Assembly (NCBI GenBank): GCA_047495785.1
Contig: JBLDXI010000123.1
Span: forward strand, 1 to 25,691
Origin: Lepidodermella squamata
Taxonomy: Eukaryota > Animalia > Gastrotricha
DNA length: 25,691 nucleotides
Direction: 5' to 3'
Shown: positions 1-9,700 of the stretch, one piece after another
How the letters are laid out: every line of letters starts with the position of its first letter
How positions within the stretch are numbered: position 1 is the first letter of the stretch
Made by a program: the position numbers and the translations under genes
Notes under the pieces: generated by a model
What the model saw: the letters and a program-made list of their open reading frames with translations, nothing else
What the model was told of the DNA's origin: nothing
Database searches by the model: none

Positions 1-3000
1 CGGTGCCGTGACCCAGTCGGTAGTAATCCCCCTTACCGAAAGTGAACACTTTGCCGCATTTCGTTCGCACCAAAGAGAATTGAGCGCCACATTCAACCTG
101 GCAAACGCCCAGCCCGGTAAGATCAGGGACGATTGTTGGAATCGAGCAAGACTCGTTACCGCCACGGCCTAATTTCCCGAAGTCGCCGTCACCGAACGAC
201 CAAACGAGTTCATCAGCAGTGAGGACCAACGTTTGAGCGTCTCTGCTACCGCAAGCGACTTGAATGACCTCGCGGCCGCGAAACGCTTCGACCAGTTTAG
301 GCAGGAAATGATTAGTTGTATCGCCATGGCCAAGCCGGCCGAATTCGCCGAGGCCCCACGTGTACAGATCTCCATTAGCTGCGATACAAGCCGAATGCGA
401 ACTGCCGGCCGAAATCGCTTTTACAGTGATCGACTGATCAGCGAGATGTTTGATCAAGCGCGGCTCGAGGCAGGTTATTTCATCACCGTGGCCCAATTTG
501 CCGTTTTCACCGTCACCCCAGGAGTAGACGCGACCATCGACTGATAGAGCCATCGCATGCCTGCCGCCTGAATGGACGGATATCTTTGTAATGAAGGCAT
601 ATGACAGCTCGCCGCCAAGTTCTCGAGGCGTGGCAACGGTGTCTGGAACATCGCCAAGACCAAGTCGGCCATTTGACGCGTCCCCACAAGCGTAAACGTG
701 GCCATTATGAGTCAGGAAAAAGCTGCACTTCGAACCGAACGAAAGTGAAACAACCCCAACACCAGCAAATGGCAGCGGCTCTTCGATAAATGGCTGTTTG
801 ACCTTGAAAAAAATTTGCATTAAAACCATGATTATTTAATGAGGCCAAAATTAGTGAAAGCTTACTTTGACTGGTCCTCGCCGTGCGAGCTGTTCCTTAT
901 CATTGAGACCCCAGCCATAAACAATCGTTGGTGGACTGTTTTGGGTAAATTGAGTAGTGCTTTGAGCACCTACTGTGGTCGAAGAAGTCGTTCGCAGCAT
1001 GTTACGGCGAATGATGGCTTGCGGCAAGTGGTCATCACTATCCTCACCTTCTGAGGACGAACTGAGGACTAAAATTTCGTCTTCATCGGCGAGAGTGATC
1101 GATTTCTTAGAGTCGCTGCTTTCGTCGTCATCAACCATGCCTTGGTCGCCGTCAGCCGCTCCAAGAATCTGGTGGCGGGTGGGCATCATTCTGGGAGAAA
1201 TCATCAAATTGCTGATTCTACACGGCGTATTGAGTCCACCACGAGTCCCGGGAATTCGAATTTCCACGCAGGCATAATACTTGTGAAGAGGTTTTGCAAG
1301 CATCTCGACAACAACGATGTCTGGCGCGACTGGGAAGGTTCGAACTGTACGCAATCGGGTCGGAGACTGGCCGATGCGAAGAACGAGTACGCTTGGTAAC
1401 GAATCAGGACGATGTGATTCCAATTCGACGCAAATTGATTGCAACAGAACGCCAGGTTTGATCGACAACTGAATCCAATGAGGAGGGTTAACGCCTGGTT
1501 GTGAGAACCAAGAAATCGGGGACCCTGGTTGCGCTTGTTTGAAAAGATTGACATTCGAAGACGCTGCTACATGCGAAACACAGGCTGACCACGTGTTACA
1601 TGGATTCGCTACTGCTGTTGAGCTCGAAGCTTTGAAAGTAGACGTTCCACTACGCTCGTCTCGCTTAGCAAAAATAGGCCCACGTGTCTTCACGAATGCA
1701 AAAAGACCGTGGACATGGCTGTTCTGCGACAAACGGCGCCGGCATGAGGCGCAAACGATGAAAAATTCCGGAGGTTTACACTTCCGGCATCGATAATAAA
1801 TAGTATCAGATGAGACGTTGATATCATTCTCGCACTCCGAGCAAATAACCATGGGCTCTGATGGAATGATTTCGAGCTCTTTGCGCAGCCCGGCCCAGCG
1901 ATGTTGTTGCTGGAAGTTGACGTAGACAAGATCGTCCAACAGAGCGACGACCACACCGATGGAGCCATGAGTGACAGAGCCCCATTTGTATCGTGGAACA
2001 GTCACAGAGTCGCGAACCTTGACTGAATCGCCAATTTCAATCTCACGCTTGGTTTCCCACGGCCAGGAAACGACTGATAAATCAGTCGAGCTAACCCATA
2101 ACCGCTGACCGCAAAGTCGCCAATAGACTAACACATTTTTCGCTGACATGCCTCCCTCAGCTTTATTGCTGCTGCGAGGTTCTTCCAACGAGCTACCAAT
2201 CAAACGATTCAAGGATCGGAACTGGGATGAAAATGAAGGCAGTCCAGCCCGGGTGGTGGCCGCTTCAACTCCGACTCGAAGGACGAATCCGGTCTCTCCA
2301 GCGATGACGCCGTCGATTCTTACTAAGCTCTTCACGATTTGACCAACGCTAACTTCTGAATTCGGAGTAAGTTCGCCCGCAACTTCAGCAGCCAAAACAG
2401 TTGGCGACCTAGAGGCTTGGTCGCGGCGAACAGATCGGCCAAAAGCTGCAATGGGTGGCCTTAAACGGCTTCCTAGACCAGCCAAAGCCCCCTCGGCACG
2501 TTCCTCAGAACTGCTAGCTGCATTATCCTCACCCTCTTCGTTAGAAGTGGACGAAGAAGTCGCGCCGAGCATATTTAGTGACAATGTATCTTCTCCATCA
2601 TCACCAACCAGGGTAGAGGATAGAAACCGACCGAGTGATCGGCGTAATAATGGCTGTCGATCGCGCCTATTTGGGCGGCGCGAGTTGTTCGAAGCTGCAG
2701 TGTTCGATTCTGCTGAGTCATCGACTAACGGCGGGTTCTCGACCAGCCAATTTACGACAGCATCAAGACTCGGCGGGCGAGAATCCGCCTCGGGTAGTAG
2801 GGAAGCGTAAGCTTCGTAGATATGAGATCGAGAAAATCCCATTTCAGTCAAACGCCTCACATCGCTGTCATCCTCGCCGATGGGCAGGCCAGGGGTCGGC
2901 TCCTCGTCCCAGGCAGTTGACGTGCCACCAGTTCCAGCGGCGATCAATTCGCCACATTCAATTGTTGTGACAGTGTCGTCTTCGCTCGTCGATAGATTCT

Positions 3001-3523
3001 CACCATCTAGCTTAATTGAATGAGATTCCTCCTCGGAGTCGTCGATATTAGCGACACCGGATGCGGAATCGAACCCACCACAAGCTTGGTCGAAGCCCGA
3101 TGAAGCCGGATTGTTAGAGGACGTTTTCATGGAAGATTCAACCGATAGTGTTTGCAAAGACCCAGCTTCGTCTATCGTCTCGATTTCTCCGCCCGGGGTG
3201 CCGGATGGGTTGTGAACTAACGAGACTGAAGATGAAGAGGGTGTCGAAGGATAATGTCGGCAAACTTCGATGAGTGGCGTGAGCGCGGTTTGAATTGTCA
3301 TTGGCGAGTATTTTGGCCTGACATTCGTGCTTTTGCTAGCTGCTTTTACCAAGTGCACGAAATCTGCTACGTTTGTAAAATTCAACATTGAAGTCGATCT
3401 GCTACCAAGTGAAGACGAAACGAATTGCATGAAAAGCTTGGCCGATTGGAATAGCATAGACTTCTTCGTGTTATTCACAGCTGAGCTATCAACACCAGCT
3501 AGTAACAACTGCCGGTCAAGATA
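1..3523 (-). CDS. HERC2: HERC2-like giant E3 ubiquitin ligase, internal part (exons 3523-866 and 802-<1; 63-nt intron 803-865); 5' part cut off at the element junction, 3' part runs off the window
   Basis: Domain order matches HERC2: UBA-like (RRLTEMGFSR...SLDAVVNWLVEN), CPH-like, SH3-like IEIGDSVKVRDSVTVPRYKWGSVTHGSIGVV, ZZ-like Cys cluster, DOC/APC10-like, then RCC1 repeats (VYGWGLNDKEQL; after splicing GHVYACGDASNGRLGLG, SVHSGGRHAMALS, GKVFTFGKGDYYRLGHG). Frame is open up to the junction (YLDRQLLLAG). Confidence 0.9.
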
Positions 3524-3545
3524 AGTAGTAAGGATGGGAACTTTG

Positions 3546-3710
3546 GATCAGTAATAGCAGTACGGCGATTTTTACTATAGCCGTTTGGTATAAATATACG
3601 CAATTTGCGATCAGTAATGGCAGTACGGCGATTTTTACTATACCCGTTTGGTATAAATATACGCAATTTGGGGATGAGTAATAGCAGTACGGCGATTTGT
3701 ACTATAGCCG
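3546..3710 (+). repeat. Subterminal tandem repeat, about 2.6 copies of a 63-64 bp unit
   Basis: GATCAGTAATAGCAGTACGGCGATTTTTACTATAGCCGTTTGGTATAAATATACGCAATTTG-like unit starts at 3546, 3609 and 3673 (partial). Confidence 0.95.
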
Positions 3711-3976
3711 CTTCTTGTCAATATACCTTCGTTTTAACCCACTGCTATGATTTCACCTAACTAAAATAAACAAATCTTCGTTTTTTCACCTGTTATGAGC
3801 TAAACTAATCATTTTTACACTGCTTCTTTAGTGCAGCTGCAATAGAGCCCTTTTTCATTCACACAAACACTTTTTATTAGTCTTAACGTTTCAAGCAATG
3901 AATTTATAGCTGGGATAAGTCTTATCAGTTTTTCTATTCATTTGTTCAGAGATTTGTAGCGGCTTGATTGGAGGGG

Positions 3977-4480
3977 TTAACGTCCAGATGAACCGAATCC
4001 GTTATCGCCACGGGTCGAATTTGCTGCTAGAGCGTTTTTCAATGGCCCCGTTACCGTTACTGCAGATTCTAAGCGACCATATTTTAAACACACCAACTGG
4101 GTAATACGGTCGCCTATTTTAATCTTGTAAGGTGTTTTGCTGTTGTTTGCAAGGCAGACTACGATTTTTCCGGTGTAGTCGGCGTCTTTAATTCATGAAA
4201 AATACAGATATTCATTAGTAATTTTCATTATTATTTGCTTCTTACCTATTACTCCAGCGACCGTATCGATTCCATGGTTGATGCTCATTCCTGATCGACT
4301 GAATAGTTGTCCATAATATCCTCGTGGTAAACAGATTTTAATATCAGTTTGAATCAGTCCCCTGGTTCCAGGTTGCAGTGTCGTCTCTTCTGCTGAATAG
4401 ATGTCCCAACCCACAGAGCCTTTAGTATGCTTTGTCGGTTCTTTAGCTTTGTTACTTGTTAGCTCTACCTTCAGCTTCAT
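3977..4480 (-). CDS. dut: Trimeric dUTPase, 147 aa, 2 exons (60-nt intron 4186-4245)
   Basis: Spliced product has all five motifs: VGWDI, SRSG, GVI|DADYTG, GDRITQL, RGDNGFGSSG. Confidence 0.95.
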
Positions 4481-4914
4481 ATTTTATAATTTATATTGTT
4501 ACTGAGGTTCGATTTTTATGTGAGCGGCTACCTCCTTTCAGGCATATTGTTTTTGTAATTCAATCTTCCTTAAAAATGCATTAGGGCCTTTAGCTCTGTT
4601 GACCCCTCAGTGCTGGCTTTAATGCTTTTCATCAAAGATTCTTGGTATTGTATACATCCTCCTTAATTGCTGTCGGTAATTCAATAAGAAAACATCATGT
4701 CAATAAATCTTATACATCCTCCCTAATTAAACAATGCGATTTTTTACTTATCAAAATAAAAAGCAATTAGGATTTTTTACCCTTTACGGTGTAATTACCT
4801 TAAACAATTCAAACAAAACATCTCCCTGTTTTTTCCTTTTATGGAAATATCACTCAGACTATTTAAGAGAGATGCTTCAAGAATACACTTAGCATATTTC
4901 TTGAAGCAAGCTGG
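4481..4914. promoter_or_regulatory. Putative divergent promoter region between dUTPase and dNK
   Basis: AT-rich gap between head-to-head genes; TATTTAA at about 4860; 18-bp direct repeat TATACATCCTCC(T/C)TAATT at 4651 and 4711. Confidence 0.5.
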
Positions 4915-5679
4915 ATGCATCCTAAAGTCTACCATTTCGGCATAGTCGGCAACATTGGGGCGTAAGTCTCATATACTCCACCGAATAGAATTCTATTTAA
5001 AGTCTCTTGTTTTAGCGGGAAATCAACCTTAATCGAGGGTCTCACTAATCTACCTTCACTCAACCGTAAACTTCAGGGATATACCGCGTGGCCAATTTGC
5101 GAGCCTGTTCATCGTTGGGAGTCCTTTACTGATGACGATAAAACTAACATTTTGAAAGATTACTATCAGATGAAAAATGCGTTCAACTTTCAAATTGTAG
5201 CCACGAGTGATATGTGCGGCCTTTATTCAGCCCCTAACCACAAACCTGAAATCTACGGGGCGCATACTATCGTTCTGCATGATCGAACGCCCTTCTGTTC
5301 TAAAAACGTCTTTATCCCATGTGCGTATGCATCCAAGCGCATAAATTCTATCGAATATCACGCTCTCATGAATTTGTATGATAATTTCGAGCCGAATTTT
5401 GTAAAAACTGAAGCTATTATTTACTTGCGCTCCTCTCCCCAAATAGCTTGTCAAAGAGCCGTAGCTAGAGCTCGGGGTTCTGAAATGCTATTATCACTGG
5501 ATTATTTACGCCTCGTACATGAGTTTCATGAAAAAATGTGTACTGTTGAGACTACAAACAAATCCCTACCATGTCCCGTGCTTGTTATCGACACTGATAA
5601 TTTGAATGCCTCTGAGGTTCTAAAGCAAGCTTCTCAGTATGTTGCCTCTCTTATCACGCCTGTAATCTCTCAGACTTGA
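4915..5679 (+). CDS. Deoxynucleoside kinase (dNK/TK2 family), 236 aa, 2 exons (54-nt intron 4962-5015)
   Basis: Splicing restores P-loop GNIGA|GKST; EPVHRW, DRT at the ERS/DRS position, IIYLRSSP, lid RAVARARGSE, YLRLVHEFHE. Confidence 0.92.
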
Positions 5680-5689
5680 ATCCTCATTG

Positions 5690-6052
5690 ATGGATCCAAC
5701 AAGACTTGTGCTCTCGAACAGCCAGATTTTAGACGCTGAATCTTTGCAATGTCCAATTTGTTTATCTATCCTACTTAATCCTATTCAAACGCGCCCCTGT
5801 GGCCATTTATTTTGTACTAAATGTGTTCTCGCTATTTTTCAAAATTCAGCTCGAACAGTATGTTGCTGTCCACTTTGCCGCGAATCATTAACAGGGAAAG
5901 ATTTCGTTAAACCCCCTGTAATTTTATCGAACATTATCTCGAATTTGATTTACAAATGCCAATATTCTGATAAAGGCTGTCCCATTACTCTAACTTATGA
6001 CCTCATTTTTGGGCATGAAAAGTTATGCCAATATAAAGAACCCATCCCTTAA
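5690..6052 (+). CDS. C3HC4 RING finger protein with a C-terminal TRAF/SIAH-like Zn finger, 120 aa
   Basis: CPIC...PCGHLFCTKC...CPLCR followed by CQYSDKGC...HEKLCQY; ATG at 5690. Confidence 0.88.
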   Translation: MDPTRLVLSNSQILDAESLQCPICLSILLNPIQTRPCGHLFCTKCVLAIFQNSARTVCCCPLCRESLTGKDFVKPPVILSNIISNLIYKCQYSDKGCPITLTYDLIFGHEKLCQYKEPIP

Positions 6053-6094
6053 AGTTTTACATTCTTATTTCATTAGATTTAATTTTCAATAATC

Positions 6095-6616
6095 ATGGCT
6101 GAGGCGATAGTAGAATCTGCTAACCAGACAGTCAATCATCACATGTCTAGTAACTTGGTCATTCAACAGCATCCTCAGGATTCTAATCTCATCTACATAA
6201 TGACTGATCGCAAAGATAAGAACGATAAGCCTAAAAAACTCGCCTTTAGACAAGACGAATTTCTTAGCCAGTTCGTTCCTTATTTTCGACCGCCGAATGA
6301 TGCTTGGGTTGCTCAGGCTCAACTTGCCCTGCTATCTCACAACACAGGCTTTAAATTTTCGATGCATGAATGCAAAATTGAAGTCTGTGTCTTTGTGCCA
6401 TCATTTTCACCGATTCTTATAGATATACGCAGGTTTTATCTGGATGCTAAAGGTATTTACTTCAAATTTACAGTAATAGCAATCTTTTTATGATTTAACT
6501 TTTTAGGAAATAAACAACCCTCAAGACAAGGAGTCTCTCTTGATGCAGCTCAGTTTCAAGACCTTGCAACTGGGGTGTTAACTGTTGCAGCGATGATTGA
6601 AACAGCCAATGAATAA
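6095..6616 (+). CDS. PC4 (p15/Sub1)-like ssDNA-binding protein, 155 aa, 2 exons (54-nt intron 6453-6506)
   Basis: Spliced C-terminus ILIDIRRFYLDAKG|NKQPSRQGVSLDAAQFQDL matches the PC4 signature (IDIRxFY...PxxxGISL...QF/W); AATAAA at 6675. Confidence 0.8.
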
Positions 6617-6733
6617 GCTAACACAAAACTTGACTAAAATGACTTACTGAATATTTATTTCAATCTATCCTTGTAATAAAGTTTTACCTCTTCCCAAATT
6701 CGATCAATTTTAAATTTTTAATCTTAGATTGTT

Positions 6734-9700
6734 ATGGATAACTATAGTTTACAATACTCATTTATTCGAAGTAATCGCCTGATTCATTCTACAAAATTCA
6801 AAATGTTTTCTGTGGAGTACTTCATTCAGCCCGTAACATCCGACTTTGCCTCAACCTACATCAACAGATATGGCCAATCTTCTAGTTCGCTTGGGCCGAT
6901 GATTCAATTGTCTGGTGGCGCTGATGAACCTCGACTGGATAATATTCGATCATTTGTGCAGAACGTACCAGCCGACCAGGTGGCTAATATTGATTTGGAG
7001 ACCCGCTTCAATATTCTGGCCAACTTCCTGTTCGATATTGTTGTAAATATCCATCGTGATTTACCTGTGAATTCCTTCTGCCGGCTAACACTGTACCACC
7101 CCGACTTGAAGATGCCTCTTAGCCTACCCTTCATGAAACGCGATCGGTTGCTGGAAATTTCAATTTTTGATCAACTGAGAAAAATATTACAGAGTAATGA
7201 AGAACTCTCATTTGCTGGTCGGTGGACAATTCGTCTCTGTGTCATTGATAACCCCAATGCAGATCTAGGTCAAATTGTTGGTGGTTCTCGGGCAGAGCGG
7301 GCTATAAACGAAACTTTGGACAAATTTTTTCTTCGCTCCAAATCGATCGTTAGAATCGGAGCGCGCAAGAATGAAACGAACAATCTTTGCATGGGCAGAG
7401 CTCTCATCACTGGAGTGGCTTTGGCTCACATGAAGGCGAATCCTACGGATCCATCTCTTCAAGCAACCTTCAAATCGATACGTAGTACGCGAACCAATCG
7501 TCAATTTCGCGAAGCCACGGCGCTATATCAGAAAGCGGGCTTACCTCTCAACCTTCCAGCCTACAATCTAGATGATCATTACTCAGCCCTGTGTTCGGCT
7601 ATCGATCCTGAACATAATACTTACAGATTCGTAGTATACTCGTACGAATCACAGGATGTTATTAGGGAAATCCCAGAATTTGATCATCGCGTAAGCCTTG
7701 GGTTGCTTCCTGTTGTTCTACTGGTTTATCGCAACGACGTCTCTCAGCCCAACAGTCATCATTTTCATGTCATTGCGAATCTCAACTTTATGAAGGCCAC
7801 TCTTAGCAATGCACAACGAATATGCCCCACTTGCTTTCAGACGAAAACGAGTACGGCTGTGCACAGATGCAAGTTGGCATGCTCTTCCTGCCGTAATTTT
7901 TACATGAAAAACCTGAATTTCACTTCTTTTATCATTAATATTATTTTAGGTGTATCAGGGAGCATTTGCCGTGTGATTTCCAACACAGACCAACAAAACT
8001 ACACGCGGTGTCCGCAATGTCGTGCAGGTCTGATGTTTTTAACCTTTTCATTATTATTCAGCTCTTTTTATGTTTTTAGTTTTGTATAGCGAACGTTGTA
8101 AGCAAAACCACAAATGTGCTAAAAAGAATCCATGCTTTAAATGCGGGAGGAAATTTGTACATTTTCTCAAGCATGAGGCTATGTGTCCCGGGCGGCGCTG
8201 TCACATTTGTCAGGAGCCTTTGAAAGCCAGCGACGAAGAAAATGGCACACACTTCTGCTTCATGACTCCCTTGGTATACTCATTTTTTTCAGTCCAGCTT
8301 TTTTCAAAATACTGTGGTTGGTGTATTTTTAGCCCTTGAAACCGGCGAATAAACTGGAACGTTATCGTAACCTAGTTTTTTGGGACACTGAGACATTTTC
8401 GCCATCACTTGCTGATAACAACAATGAGTTCCAAGTATGCCTTATCGTTGCAAAGGTCGTATGCATACCTCACTGCATCGAAGCGAGGATTCAGCGATGC
8501 CATTCTAGTTGTGGACTTCATATTTTTTATGGAAGTCGTCCTCTGGAGGATTTCGTAAACTGGGTGCTTCTACCTATGAATTACCAGTCGATTTATTTGG
8601 CTCACAACTCAGCCAATTTCGATTCCTTATTATTACTGAAAGAAATTCAAACACGATGTTCTAAAGTGAAGATTCTTCAAAGGCAGGGATCTCTACTATG
8701 CATTGATTTCAAACAACAAAAAATCAGATTTTTGGATTCATATCTCTTTTTTCAATGCAGATTAAGGTAGGTTACCTAAGAAACACTAAGAAACTACATT
8801 GCTTACAGGTATTTGTTCAACAACAGGGATTTACCAGCAACAATGGGAATCCCAGACAAGAAAACCTTCTTTCCTTACGTCTTATGCACTAAAGAAAAGT
8901 AAGTACATCATCAACTTCTTGAGCTATTGTGATTGAATTCGCTGTAATCCTTCGAGTTTCAATCTCGAATTCCCACAGCTGCCTAATATGATCTACTATG
9001 AGCCTGACAAAATGTCTCCTTCTGAAAGAGCAGAATTTCTAACTTTCTACAACGAAAACAAACTGAAACGGTTCAGTGTTCGCCACACGTTACTGCAATA
9101 CTGCATACAGGATTGTCTAGTTTTGGAAAAGGCGTCAATCAAATTTCGGGCGCTAATGCTGGAGTTGTGTTCTACTGATGCCTTTAAAGAATGCATCACA
9201 CTAGCTTCTCTCACAAGCACATGCTTCCGCAAGCTGTTTCTTACGAAGGATACATTACCTGTCATCCCGACCGCTGGCTACTGTGGCAAGGATTCACACA
9301 GCAGGCTCTCGATAGCTTTTCTTCAATTTCTGATGGAGTCTGACCCTGAAACTTATGGTTCAATGAAACACGCTCAGAACTCACGTCAAGAAGTTCGAAT
9401 ATCTATACCTGGCCACCGTTATCCTTATCGCGTCGACGGTTTTGTTGCACGTCGTGATAAAATTCCGAGTGAACCCGATCTGATTGTCGAGGTTCATGGT
9501 TGTGCTGTCCATGGCTGCTTGCAATGCTTTGAGGCCTCACAACTAAATTTTCTATCTGGACAACCAAACGGCGTAGTTTACAAGCAAACCTTGGAACGTG
9601 AAGAGTTGTTTCGCTCGAATGGTTACATTCTTCAAAGCTTTTGGGAGCATGAAATTAGAGCTAGTTTCAAACAACACCCGAGAGCACAGGAGATTTATGA

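Noticed and set aside
3518-3523. Target-site duplication
   Set aside because: AAGATA does not match the right flank GGCTTC, directly or at shorter lengths.
169-3524. Numerous short ORFs overlapping HERC2 (similar ones overlap pPolB, MARCH and ADH)
   Set aside because: Antisense or off-frame shadows with no recognisable motifs.
3546-3710. CRISPR-like array
   Set aside because: Head-to-tail units with no unique spacers, eukaryotic context, no cas genes.
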